Of a stretch of 64,000 bases of DNA, positions 34,583 to 43,927 are shown piece by piece. Position 1 is the first letter of the stretch. The number at the start of each line of letters is the position of its first letter. A program made the translations under genes and the position numbers. Source of the DNA: an uncultured Acidobacteriota bacterium (GTDB taxonomy: Bacteria > Acidobacteriota > Terriglobia > Terriglobales > Acidobacteriaceae); assembly GCA_963766785.1 (NCBI GenBank), contig CAVYBV010000003.1, forward strand, positions 81,504 to 145,503, given 5' to 3'. The notes under the pieces are model-generated. The model ran no database searches. It saw nothing but the letters and a program-made list of their open reading frames with translations, and was not told the origin of the DNA.

Positions 34583-34870
34583 TCACGCCTCGAAATCCAG
34601 CTCGACCGCCTCGATCAGCGGCACCAGCCACTCCAGCAGCTTCAGGTGCGCCGGATGCGCCGCGTAGGCATCGCAGGCGGCGCGGTCAGTGAACGTCATT
34701 AGTCCCACGAACTCGTAGCCCAGCCCCCGCGGCGACAGGTTCGGCCCGACTTTGGCATCGGCCAGGCCCGGAATCACGCCGCGGAAAGCGAGAGTCTCCT
34801 TGCGAGCGCGGGCCTTGTCGGCGTCGGTCGCTTCCGGCTTCCAGCGAAACCCGAAGATGTGAATGAACAT
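34583..34870 (-). CDS. Dabb (stress-responsive A/B barrel) domain protein
   Basis: Start moved to the ATG at 34870 (MFIHIFGFRWKPEAT), with GGAGG upstream. ...AHPAHLKLLEWL is typical of Dabb. Confidence 0.8.
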   Translation of the reverse strand: MFIHIFGFRWKPEATDADKARARKETLAFRGVIPGLADAKVGPNLSPRGLGYEFVGLMTFTDRAACDAYAAHPAHLKLLEWLVPLIEAVELDFEA

Positions 34871-34886
34871 TGCCCCTCCTTCAGCT

Positions 34887-36338
34887 TCAGCTTGCCAGCG
34901 CGAACTGCCGCGCAGACTCAAGCAGCCGCTTCACTGCTTCCTTCGATGTCGATTCGGTATAGATGCGCATCAGCGGCTCCGTGCCGCTGGCACGCAGCAG
35001 AATCCACGTCTCCGCCGCGTTCGGCTTGGTCGCGGCCTCCGGATTGTCGAGGTAGAACTTGACCCCGTCCAGCGTCTCCTGGCGCAGGATCTTCATGCCG
35101 TCGAATCCGATATCGCCCGGCTCAAGCGCGCGGGCCCTGGCAATCGCCGCATTCTTGACCTCGTCCGGCAGCGCCAAATCGATGCGGCCGTAGTGATGCT
35201 CGCCGAACTCCTGCTGGAGATCGGCGACGAGCCGGCCCAGCGTCTTGCCCTCTTCGGCCATCACGTTGGCCAGCAGCAGCGCGTTGAGCAGGCCGTCGCG
35301 CTCCGGCAGGTGGCGCTGGAAACCGATCCCGCCCGACTCCTCGCCCCCCATCACCACCTCGCGTTCCAGCATGTAATCGCAGACGAACTTGAAGCCGATT
35401 CCGTGCTCCAGCAGCTCGCGGCCGTACTTTAGGCAGATGCGGTCCAGCATTTTGGTGGTATTGAAGGCGCGGGTGACGGCGCCGGGCCAGCCCTTGCGGC
35501 GCAGCACCCAGTCGAGCAGGACGGAGTAGATCTTGTGCGGGTCCACGAAGTTGCCGTGCTCGTCGGTGGCTCCGATGCGGTCGGCATCGCCATCGGTGCA
35601 CAAGCCGGCGTGGCAGTGGTTGGCTACGACGGCTTCGCCCAGGGCGCGGATGTGCGGCTCGATGGGCTCGGGGTTGATGCCGGGGAAGAGCGGATCGGGG
35701 GTGCCGCGGATCTGGACGTGCTCGACGCCGAGGCGCGAAAAGATGTCGCAGAGGATGGTCCCGCCGGCCCCGTACATCGAATCGACTGCGAACTTCATGC
35801 CGGAGCGGGAGATGAGGTCGAGATCGGCGAAGCTCTCGATGGCTTTGAGGTAGTCGGGCAGGAAGTCGAACTCGCTGATCGCGGCGGGCTGGACCGATTT
35901 CGGCACGGGCTGGCCCAGGAAGCTCTCGATCTCGGCGATGATGGAAGGCTTGCCGGAACCGCCGTACCAGGCCTTGTACTTGACGCCGTTCCACTGCGCG
36001 GGGTTGTGCGAGGAGGTGATCATGATGCCGCCGGCCGCGCCCTGATGGCGCACGCCGTAACTCAAAGCCGGGGTAGGCGTGATGTCGTGGGCCAGGAGCA
36101 CGGGGATGCCGGTGGAGGCAACGGCCTCAGCCGCGGCGCGGGCGAAAGCCCTGGAGCCGAAGCGGGTGTCATAGCCGATGCAAATGCCGCGAGCCGGGTC
36201 TTCGCGATCGGAACCGCGGCGGGCGTGCAGATAAGCGGCGATGGCCGCGGCGGCGATGCGGACGTTGGCGAAGGTAAAGTCGTCGGCGATGACGCCGCGC
36301 CAGCCGTCGGTGCCAAACTTGATCTGCGGATGGGGCAT
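34887..36338 (-). CDS. alpha-D-phosphohexomutase (phosphoglucomutase/phosphomannomutase family)
   Basis: Start moved to the ATG at 36338 (MPHPQIKFGTDGWRG). Phosphoserine loop TSSHNP, metal loop CTDGDADRIGA, sugar loop GGEESGGIGF. Confidence 0.9.
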   Translation of the reverse strand: MPHPQIKFGTDGWRGVIADDFTFANVRIAAAAIAAYLHARRGSDREDPARGICIGYDTRFGSRAFARAAAEAVASTGIPVLLAHDITPTPALSYGVRHQGAAGGIMITSSHNPAQWNGVKYKAWYGGSGKPSIIAEIESFLGQPVPKSVQPAAISEFDFLPDYLKAIESFADLDLISRSGMKFAVDSMYGAGGTILCDIFSRLGVEHVQIRGTPDPLFPGINPEPIEPHIRALGEAVVANHCHAGLCTDGDADRIGATDEHGNFVDPHKIYSVLLDWVLRRKGWPGAVTRAFNTTKMLDRICLKYGRELLEHGIGFKFVCDYMLEREVVMGGEESGGIGFQRHLPERDGLLNALLLANVMAEEGKTLGRLVADLQQEFGEHHYGRIDLALPDEVKNAAIARARALEPGDIGFDGMKILRQETLDGVKFYLDNPEAATKPNAAETWILLRASGTEPLMRIYTESTSKEAVKRLLESARQFALAS

Positions 36339-36428
36339 GCGGAGGGTCGTGCTCCTTGTGAATAGAACAGTGTAATCAATGCGAAGGCGGCGATGCTGCG
36401 GAGCGCCTTGGGGCAGGCGCACAGAAGA

Positions 36429-36746
36429 TCAGGATGCAGCTCTCTTTGGCAGCGATACGCGGTTCTTCTTTGGCGGGATGTAGTGGAAGCGAACCAGGTA
36501 GATATTTTCGCCGGGGCCGTGTTTGGCCACCTTGAGCAGGTCAATGACGCCGAGGAAACCGGATTCGCGGGCGAGCTCCGGGGTGATGTCAGGGAAGCCG
36601 ATGGGGGTGATGGAGTCGATCTCGATCTCGCCCTCGTCCATGCGGTAGCGATGCCCGACTTTGACGTGGGGGCTCTTCCAGATGCGCACACTGACGGTGA
36701 TACGGCCGGAGCGGACGCCGTCGCGAAGGCGTTTGGTGAAGACCAT
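36429..36746 (-). CDS. ASCH-like small protein
   Basis: Only the C-terminal 105 aa of track ORF 36429..37064 look protein-like, from MVFTKRLRDGVRSGRITVSVRIWKSPHVKVGHRYRM. This resembles the ASCH-fold N-terminus. Confidence 0.55.
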   Translation of the reverse strand: MVFTKRLRDGVRSGRITVSVRIWKSPHVKVGHRYRMDEGEIEIDSITPIGFPDITPELARESGFLGVIDLLKVAKHGPGENIYLVRFHYIPPKKNRVSLPKRAAS

Positions 36747-36881
36747 GGCGCGATTATCTCGCAGCAGCCATCCCGGGTTCCTCCGCCGCGGCGGACGAGG
36801 GACCAGCGGCACCCGGCCTTGGCTTGTTGGGCCGATTGCGCCGATGGTAGCATCTGAGCCATACAGGAGGAATGGGCGGCG

Positions 36882-37094
36882 ATGAGCGAAATCATCTTCG
36901 AGGTCCGAGAAGACGAGGTGGATGGGGGCTATACGGCCTCTGCGCTGGGGTACGGAATCCACACGCAGGGGGACACGCTGGAAGAGCTCCGCGCCATGGT
37001 CAAGGACGCGGTGAAGTGTTATTTCGACGAGTCGATGGAAGCTCCGATGATCATTCGGCTGCATTTTGTGCGGGATGAAGTGCTCGCCCAGTGA
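36882..37094 (+). CDS. hicB: HicB-like antitoxin (short, UPF0150-type fold, no DNA-binding domain)
   Basis: 70-aa ORF. MSEIIFEVREDEVDGGYTASALGYGIHTQGDTLEELRAMVKDAV is the usual HicB N-domain pattern. Confidence 0.75.
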   Translation: MSEIIFEVREDEVDGGYTASALGYGIHTQGDTLEELRAMVKDAVKCYFDESMEAPMIIRLHFVRDEVLAQ

Positions 37095-37332
37095 AACTTC
37101 CGCGCGATATCGACGGCTCGAGGCTGGTTAAAGCCTCAGGGGCCTGGGATATGAGGCAACTCGGCAGTCCGGCTCGCATGTTCGCGTGACGACGCAGCGC
37201 GACGGCGAGAATCACGAAGGCTTTCCGCAACACCGTCCGATCAAAACAGGCACTCTGGCGTCGATTCTGAAGCGGATCGCCGCGCATCACGGCATGACCG
37301 TCGACGAACTGCTGCGCATTCTCGAGTTGTAG
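37091..37332 (+). pseudogene. hicA: HicA-family toxin gene disrupted by a 1-nt frameshift
   Basis: The GTG at 37091 overlaps the hicB stop (GTGA). Frame 1 reads MKLPRDIDGSRLVKA, then junk, with a stop at 37187-37189. A shifted frame from about 37134 reads LRGLGYEATRQSGSHVRVTTQRDGENHEGFPQHRPIKTGTLASILKRIAAHHGMTVDELLRILEL, ending at 37332. The total length of 242 nt is not a multiple of 3. Confidence 0.7.
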
Positions 37333-37337
37333 AGGCG

Positions 37338-38465
37338 CTAGATCAGATCCGTGCGGTCGCTGAGGCCGAGTTCCTTGACTACCTTGCCCACGTCCTGGGA
37401 GTGCTCGCGGTCGACGATGAGCAGGGCGTCTTCAGTGTCCACGATGACCAGGTTCTGCACGCCGACCAGGGCCACGTATTTGCGCGGGCTGTAGATGTAG
37501 TTGTTAGCGGCGTCGATGGACATGTGGCCATCGGTGTCCGCCACGTTGCCGTCGCCGTCGCCGCGCAGGCGGGTCTCAACCTGGTACTCGTAAAGGGAGG
37601 CCCAGGAGCCGAGATCGTTCCAGGCAAACTCGGCGGGCAGGCAATAGAGGTTGGAGAGGTGTTCGCCCTTGGCCGAGCGCGGCTCCAGCACGGCGTAATC
37701 CACGGAGATGTTCTCGCATTTTGGATAGAGCTCGCGGAAGATCTGGTCGAACTGGGGCGTGCCCCAGGCCTCGGCGATGGACTCGAGCAGGGGCGCGGTT
37801 TCCGGCACGTGCTCGCGCACGGCGTTGGCCAGAGTGGCGGCGGACCAGAGGAACATGCCGGAGTTCCAGTAGTAATTGCCGGCGGCTACGAACTCCTGGG
37901 CGCGGTTCAGGTTGGGTTTCTCAATGAAGCGGCGGACGTGGAGGGCGATGTCGTCGCGGGTGTAGTCGCCGGTTTCGATGTAGCCGTATCCGGTTTCAGG
38001 ACGGGTAGGCTCGATGCCGAGGACGACCATGTTTTCTCCGGCTGCGGCCAGCTGGATGCCCTTCTGGAGGGCCTTGAGGAAGCGCGGCTCGTCGGCGATG
38101 ACGTGATCGGAGGGAAAGACGCCGAGGACGGCCTCAGGGTTCTGGCGCTCAATGAGGAACGCGGCCAGGCCGCAGGCGGGCGCAGTGTTGCGGGCCACCG
38201 GCTCCTGGACGATCTGGTTCTCAGGCACGCCCGTGAGCTGTTCGGCGATCTCCTGGGCGAGGAACTCGTTGGTAATGACCCAGGTGTGGTCAAGGCCGGC
38301 GAGTGGTTTGAGGCGCTCCACGGTTTGCTGGATCATGGAGCGCTCGCCGTCAAGGGCGAGAACCTGCTTGGCGCGGGCGCGGCGGGAGCGCGGCCAGAAC
38401 CGGGTGCCGCTGCCGCCGGCCAGAATCACGGGACGAAAATCGATCGGCTTCGTCATGAGAGACAC
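37338..38465 (-). CDS. mannose-1-phosphate guanylyltransferase
   Basis: 375-aa ORF. Nucleotidyltransferase loop ILAGGSGTRFWPRSR. GYGYIE and WNSGMFLW are typical of ManC/CpsB-type enzymes. Confidence 0.9.
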   Translation of the reverse strand: MSLMTKPIDFRPVILAGGSGTRFWPRSRRARAKQVLALDGERSMIQQTVERLKPLAGLDHTWVITNEFLAQEIAEQLTGVPENQIVQEPVARNTAPACGLAAFLIERQNPEAVLGVFPSDHVIADEPRFLKALQKGIQLAAAGENMVVLGIEPTRPETGYGYIETGDYTRDDIALHVRRFIEKPNLNRAQEFVAAGNYYWNSGMFLWSAATLANAVREHVPETAPLLESIAEAWGTPQFDQIFRELYPKCENISVDYAVLEPRSAKGEHLSNLYCLPAEFAWNDLGSWASLYEYQVETRLRGDGDGNVADTDGHMSIDAANNYIYSPRKYVALVGVQNLVIVDTEDALLIVDREHSQDVGKVVKELGLSDRTDLI

Positions 38466-38564
38466 ATCCTACCCGATAAAACATGGGATTGAACAGTGAT
38501 GGCGATTACACCTGAGGACACTTCTACTCCAGGAGCCCCTGGGGGAGGAAGAAGATCAAGGATT

Positions 38565-39767
38565 TCAGGCAAGCTTTCCCAGAAACTCTGCCATGCGCCG
38601 GGTGCCCTCGTCGATGTTCTGGCGGGTGACCGGGTAGGACAGGCGGATGTGCTCGCGGGTGCCAAAGGCTTCGCCTGGGACGGTCACAACGTGGGCTTCG
38701 TGAAGCAGGCGGGTGGCCAGCTCGGCCGGGGTGTTGATGCCGCCCTTGCCCAGGAACGCAGAGATATTGGGGTAGACGTAGAAGGCGCCTTCGGGCCTGG
38801 TGCAGGTGACGCCGGGGATTCGAGCCAGGCGGGCCAGCATGTGGTCGCGCAGCTTAATGAACTCGGCGCGGAATTCGGCCACGCATTCCTGCGGACCGGA
38901 GAGCGCGGCAACGGCGGCTTTCTGCACGATGGAGGTGGCATTCGAGGTCTGCTGGGACTGGAGCTTGGACAGGTTGGCGACGATGGGCTTTGGGGCCATG
39001 GCAAATCCCGCGCGCCAGCCGGTCATGGAGTAGGTTTTGGAGAGCGATCCGAGGACGACCATGTGCTCCTTGGCCCAGGTGAAGGAGCCGGCGGAGACGG
39101 GCCTGCCCACGTAGGTGAGGTAGGCGTAGCACTCGTCCAGGAGCAGGTAAATGCCGCGCTCATGGGCGATGCGGACGATGTGCTCCAGATCCTCCGCGGA
39201 GACGATGGAGCCGGCGGGGTTGGAGGGGGAGTTGAGGATGATGGCCTTGGTGCGCGGGGTGATGGCGCGCTCAATGGCCTGGGCGGTGATGCGGAAGTTC
39301 TCTCGCTCGCTGGTTTCAAGGAAGACGACCTTGCCGCCGGCGTACTGGACGATGTCTTTGAAGCTGACCCAGTAGGGGACGGGCAGGATGACTTCGTCGC
39401 CGTGGTCGACCAGGATCTGGACGGCGTTGAAGAGGGCGTGCTTTTCGCCGGTGGTGAAGATGGCCTCGTCGACGGAGTAGTCGGAGCCGAAGTCGCAGGC
39501 GTGGCGCTCGACGATGGCCTTGCGCACGTCGGGGATGCCGGGGACGACGGTGTAGCGGGTGAAGTTGGCCTCGATGGCGGCGATGGCGGCGTCTTTGATG
39601 TGTCGGGGGGTGGCGAAGTGGGGCTCGCCGGCGCCGAAGTCGACGAGGTTGGCGCCCTGGGCGCGCAGCTTGGCGGCCTCGGCGGCCACGGCCATGGTGG
39701 CGGACACTTCAATGCGGCCAATGCGGTCGGCAAAGATTTTATGAGGAGCGGCAACGGTCGTCGTCAT
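38565..39767 (-). CDS. class I PLP aminotransferase (aspartate aminotransferase-like)
   Basis: 400-aa ORF with NSPSNPAG and PLP-lysine region SLSKTYSMTGWRAG. Confidence 0.9.
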   Translation of the reverse strand: MTTTVAAPHKIFADRIGRIEVSATMAVAAEAAKLRAQGANLVDFGAGEPHFATPRHIKDAAIAAIEANFTRYTVVPGIPDVRKAIVERHACDFGSDYSVDEAIFTTGEKHALFNAVQILVDHGDEVILPVPYWVSFKDIVQYAGGKVVFLETSERENFRITAQAIERAITPRTKAIILNSPSNPAGSIVSAEDLEHIVRIAHERGIYLLLDECYAYLTYVGRPVSAGSFTWAKEHMVVLGSLSKTYSMTGWRAGFAMAPKPIVANLSKLQSQQTSNATSIVQKAAVAALSGPQECVAEFRAEFIKLRDHMLARLARIPGVTCTRPEGAFYVYPNISAFLGKGGINTPAELATRLLHEAHVVTVPGEAFGTREHIRLSYPVTRQNIDEGTRRMAEFLGKLA

Positions 39768-39903
39768 GCATTCATCTTCGCAGATTTCGGGCGGAAATGG
39801 GGAGGGGAGGCGAAAAGCGATTTCCGCAGATCAATGCCGGGGCGGAGGATGGCTGGGCAGGCGCGACCGCGGCCGGCCCGCCGGCCTCCCGGTAAGTCTA
39901 CCG

Positions 39904-42798
39904 CTATTTTTCCCCTCCCAGGCTCCAGCGGAGGCCGCCGTAATAGATCGGTTTGTAATACTCGCGTTGCACCATGTATCGTGGGCTTCCGTTGTAAAAG
40001 CCCAGGACCGCGTTATTTGCGTTCTCTTCCGACGCGGTGAAAGTAAATCCTTTGCCCATGTAGTAACTCGCCTGCGCATCAACCTGGGTCCGCTCATAGT
40101 AGTAGTTATCCCCGTTCGGGCCATCGATCCCGCCCAGCAGGCCGTCCTGCCATTGGTAGGCGGCAATATTGGGGCCATCGTAAGAGATGCCCAGAGATAC
40201 AGTCGCGCGTTTCGTTGCGTAAGTCGGGCTGATGTTATAGGACCACGGCGCCTGGCCCACCAGCGGCGGCGAATCCGAGCGTCCAGTCAAGTCGTAGTTT
40301 CTCGATTGGGTGTAGGTTAGGTTGGCATCGATCCGCGCGTTAGACAATACTCCCGGAAGATAGGAAAGACGCTGCTGATAGGCCAGCTCTACGCCCTGAA
40401 CGTATGCGTGGCCTCCATTGACCCATTGCACCAGGAGAACATTTGGAGTAATCGGATTGGGAAATGGGTTGGGTACGGTTGTCTGCGTTTGAAAAAGCGG
40501 CTGAGTCAGATATTTGTAGAAGTATCCGCCCTCAATCATGCCCACCGAAGGCAGGAACTTCTCGTAGAGGAAATCGAAATCCTGGGCATGTTCGGCAACC
40601 AGGGCCGGGTTGCCAATGTTTTCGGTGTTCGGGGTCGTCGACTCATCCAGCGTCTTATAGGGCACCAGATTGTATGGGTCGGGCCGGGAAATCCCCTGGC
40701 CGTATACGACGCGCATGTCCGAACTGGAGTCGACGTTGTAACGGAGCTGCACGCTGGGCAGGAGATTGTAATAGGAGCCGCTCGCGTTCACGGGCTGTGT
40801 GGAGACGTAGTTGCCATTGGTATCGTCGATCACAAGGTAGCCGGTGTTCTGTTCGTTGGTGGCCTCGACGCGCAGCCCGGTCTGAAGGCGGAACTTGGTC
40901 CCCAGGTCCACCGTGTTCATCACATATCCGGCGGTAATTCGCTCCTGCAGGTTGTAATCGGCAGGGTCAGAGTTAAGATGGGTGGCTCCTACATCCAGAG
41001 GGAGCGCGCCCGGATTTGCCGCCAGCCACTTTGCTACCAAGTCGAAGTTGGTAATTGGGCCGTATTTGTAGCTGCCTCCATAATAGGAGGGATTTGTAAA
41101 ACTAGTCGTAAACTGGCTCATTAGTGGAGGCGTTGCAGTGGAGGCAAAGTTATCATATGTGGGTGAAGTTGCGTCCTGGCCCTTGTGAGCGTTGCGGACT
41201 AGCGCGCCAAACTCGAACACCGATGCATGCGTGCCGAGATGGTAGTTGATCCCCATGGATGCGCTTCCCTCGAGATTGATCTGCGACGACTGGCCGGTGG
41301 TCAGGTTCATGTCGTGCAGGGCGTACTTAGTGGGGTCGTAGATGGCATCGCTCCCGCAACTGAACTGCGGCCGGTAGATGCTTTTGTTCGCCGATGGATT
41401 GTAAACACAATCGTTTCCAATCACGGGGTTTCCGTTCGCATCAACGAGCGGATCGTAGTCCGCGCCTGGATTGCCGGCCGCGCCTCCTTCGCGCGAGTGG
41501 GCGATAGCAGCTACATATCGGATGTACGAATGGCTGAAGGCCTGGTTGCCTCCGAGAATCAGATCGGAAATCTGATATTGCGGGCGGCGGACGCTTTCGC
41601 TGGAACTAATGCTGCCCGCCTGGCCCAGCGACGGGTAGCCGGCATTGATGTCGTAATGGGACACGCTGCCGTAGTCCTTGAAGTTAGTGAACAGGCCGTG
41701 CGCAAACAAATCGGAGCCCTCGTTGAGCTTGTAATCCATGCTTCCACCGAAGCCCCAGCGGGTGTGATTGTAGAAATACTCCCGCAGCGAGATGGCGTTA
41801 AACTCCGGAGTTATATTGTCCACCGGGCTGATGTCAGGCACAGGCTCCACGTCATCGGTGCCGATATCGTTTGAGTCATAGCTGTAACTGATCATAAACC
41901 CGAAGCGATTTTGGGCGCCGAAGCGTTTCCCAAAGGTCGCATCGTCCCGAAACCACCCCTGGCCGGTGTCGATTGGGTTATATCCACCCAGGCTTTCAAG
42001 ATCGAGCGTGGGACGGCTGCTGGTGGCCTGCCGCATGTGCAAGTTCACTGAGCCGCCGATGGCGTCTCCCTCCTCGTTGGCCGAGAGCGTCTTGTTGATG
42101 TCGACTTCTCCCATAAGGTCGCCGGGGATCACCCACAAGTCAACCTGCCGCACCTGCGGATCGGGGCCTGGTATGGAGATGCCATCAAGTGTTGTGTTGC
42201 TGAGTCGCGGCTCGGTTCCTCGAATCTGCACGTATTGCGCTTCGCCCTCGTTGATCTGCACCGTTACGCCCGGCATGCGGCCCAGGACGGTGGCAACGCT
42301 CTGATTTGGGAGGTTCTGGATGGTTTCCGCCGTCATCACATTCAGAATGTTCGCAGAAGTGCGCTGCTCGTTGATCTCCGCGACGTCACCCTCCAGGTTG
42401 CCATTCACTACTACCTGCTGACTCGTCGAAGCGACTTTCATCGTCGCGTCCACGGTCATGTTCGCTCCTGCGGTAACGGTTACGGTGGATACCGAGTTCT
42501 CAAAGCCCACGGCGGAAACCGTGACCGTATACGTGCCCGGCCTCACGTTTTGGATGGAAAAGTCGCCCTGGGCATTCGAGGCAGCCGTGGTGGCTGTAGG
42601 TTGGAGGACAATCTGCGCGCTCGGCAAAACAGCGCCCGTCGAATCTTTGACAGTGCCGCTCAGGCTGCCGCTGCCAGTGCTCCCACCGCCGGCGGGTCCT
42701 TTTGCAGATTGCGCAAAGGCCAATGAAGAGAACAATATCGGACAAAAAAGCCAGATGATCGCAAGCGTAAAGCCTATTAACCGGGGGGCAGATTTCAT
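39904..42798 (-). CDS. TonB-dependent receptor with N-terminal CarboxypepD_reg domain
   Basis: Start moved to the ATG at 42798 (MKSAPRLIGFTLAIIWLF, signal peptide), with AAGGAGAAGG upstream. Carboxypeptidase-regulatory-like domain (SGTVKDSTGAVLPSAQIVL...GTYTVTVSAVGF), plug (LPNQSVATVLGRMPGVTV) and a long beta-barrel. Confidence 0.9.
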   Translation of the reverse strand: MKSAPRLIGFTLAIIWLFCPILFSSLAFAQSAKGPAGGGSTGSGSLSGTVKDSTGAVLPSAQIVLQPTATTAASNAQGDFSIQNVRPGTYTVTVSAVGFENSVSTVTVTAGANMTVDATMKVASTSQQVVVNGNLEGDVAEINEQRTSANILNVMTAETIQNLPNQSVATVLGRMPGVTVQINEGEAQYVQIRGTEPRLSNTTLDGISIPGPDPQVRQVDLWVIPGDLMGEVDINKTLSANEEGDAIGGSVNLHMRQATSSRPTLDLESLGGYNPIDTGQGWFRDDATFGKRFGAQNRFGFMISYSYDSNDIGTDDVEPVPDISPVDNITPEFNAISLREYFYNHTRWGFGGSMDYKLNEGSDLFAHGLFTNFKDYGSVSHYDINAGYPSLGQAGSISSSESVRRPQYQISDLILGGNQAFSHSYIRYVAAIAHSREGGAAGNPGADYDPLVDANGNPVIGNDCVYNPSANKSIYRPQFSCGSDAIYDPTKYALHDMNLTTGQSSQINLEGSASMGINYHLGTHASVFEFGALVRNAHKGQDATSPTYDNFASTATPPLMSQFTTSFTNPSYYGGSYKYGPITNFDLVAKWLAANPGALPLDVGATHLNSDPADYNLQERITAGYVMNTVDLGTKFRLQTGLRVEATNEQNTGYLVIDDTNGNYVSTQPVNASGSYYNLLPSVQLRYNVDSSSDMRVVYGQGISRPDPYNLVPYKTLDESTTPNTENIGNPALVAEHAQDFDFLYEKFLPSVGMIEGGYFYKYLTQPLFQTQTTVPNPFPNPITPNVLLVQWVNGGHAYVQGVELAYQQRLSYLPGVLSNARIDANLTYTQSRNYDLTGRSDSPPLVGQAPWSYNISPTYATKRATVSLGISYDGPNIAAYQWQDGLLGGIDGPNGDNYYYERTQVDAQASYYMGKGFTFTASEENANNAVLGFYNGSPRYMVQREYYKPIYYGGLRWSLGGEK

Positions 42799-43152
42799 CA
42801 CCTTCTCCTTATTTGCCGCTGCGCATGGCAGGCGGATCAGGGCGTGCCAAATCTCCAGGCAATTCACCCGCAACTCGGATGTAATGTCCTGAGCTTGCGC
42901 GCCTGATGCTGAAGCAACGCTGAACCGGATGTGACAAGCTTGTAAATTCCCGTTCACACGTCTGAAATTCAGGCTGCCTTCAGCTTTCCGCGGCCACACT
43001 CGGACTGATTCGAGTTGCTGGCGCCACTTGCGGCTTTCGGAGTAATTTATGTCATTGCTTCGTAAGAGCTTCTCTTTTCTGGCATCGGACCGCCATCTGG
43101 TCTACACTGTCGCCAATCAAAACGGCCGGTTCATCCTGTTGGAGACCGGCCA

Positions 43153-43848
43153 ATGAGCGACGGTCACGGAGGGATGGTGCGCATACTGGTCGTGGAAGAT
43201 CATGCCGGGCTGGCCCGCAACATCGCTCGCGCTCTTCGCGAGTCGGCAGGCTATGCCGTGGATGTATCGCTCGACGGCGAGGACGGTCTGTACCAGGCGG
43301 TCTCTAATCCCTACGATCTGATCCTTCTCGATCTCATGCTGCCAAAGGTCGACGGCATCGAAGTGTTGCGCTCGGCGCGCCGATCCGGGGTTAGCGCACC
43401 GGTACTGATTCTGACTTCGCGGGACGACAAGAAGACCACCGTGGAGCTGCTGGAGGCCGGCGCCGACGATTACCTCACCAAGCCGTTTGACGTGGCGGAG
43501 ATGGTGGCCCGCTGCCGCGCCCTGATTCGCCGCGCGCACGGAATTGCCGCTTCCCAGATCCAGGTGGGCGACCTTCAAGTTCATCTCGAAGAGATGACGG
43601 TAACCCGCGGCGGGCGCGCCATCAATCTGACCGCAATGGAGTACAAGCTGCTCGAGTACATGGCTCATCGTCCGAACGCGGTTCTCTCCAAAACGGAGTT
43701 GCTTGAGCATCTCTACGACCACGATTGGGAGAGATTTTCAAACGTGCTCGAGGTCTACGTCAGCTCCCTTCGCCGCAAGCTTAATGGCGAGGGCGCGGCG
43801 CAGCTTATTCACACCCTCAAGGGCCGCGGCTATGTTCTTACGCGGTAA
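43153..43848 (+). CDS. OmpR-family response regulator
   Basis: 231-aa ORF (alternative start at 43174). Receiver domain LILLDLMLPKVDG and ADDYLTKPF. Winged-helix output ...LTAMEYKLLEYM...VYVSSLRRKL. Confidence 0.9.
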   Translation: MSDGHGGMVRILVVEDHAGLARNIARALRESAGYAVDVSLDGEDGLYQAVSNPYDLILLDLMLPKVDGIEVLRSARRSGVSAPVLILTSRDDKKTTVELLEAGADDYLTKPFDVAEMVARCRALIRRAHGIAASQIQVGDLQVHLEEMTVTRGGRAINLTAMEYKLLEYMAHRPNAVLSKTELLEHLYDHDWERFSNVLEVYVSSLRRKLNGEGAAQLIHTLKGRGYVLTR

Positions 43849-43927
43849 AGACGCGCGCTGTAACCAGGCCTTAACAAAGGCCGGCGAAGATTCCGCCTAC
43901 AATCGCATCATCCGCCTGCTGCCGCGC

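Noticed and set aside
39871-39886. GGCCGGC-cc-GCCGGCC palindrome downstream of the TonB receptor gene as a terminator
   Set aside because: The loop is too small for the full stem and no U-tract follows. Such GC palindromes are frequent by chance at this GC content.
38496-40040. 514-aa plus-strand ORF antisense to the aminotransferase gene
   Set aside because: It is Gly/Asp/Ala-rich shadow ORF sequence. The minus frame carries the class I aminotransferase PLP motif.
42799-43152. Possible cobalamin or other riboswitch in the TonB receptor leader
   Set aside because: I could recognise no B12-box or other conserved riboswitch core on the minus strand. Only short palindromes and direct repeats are present.
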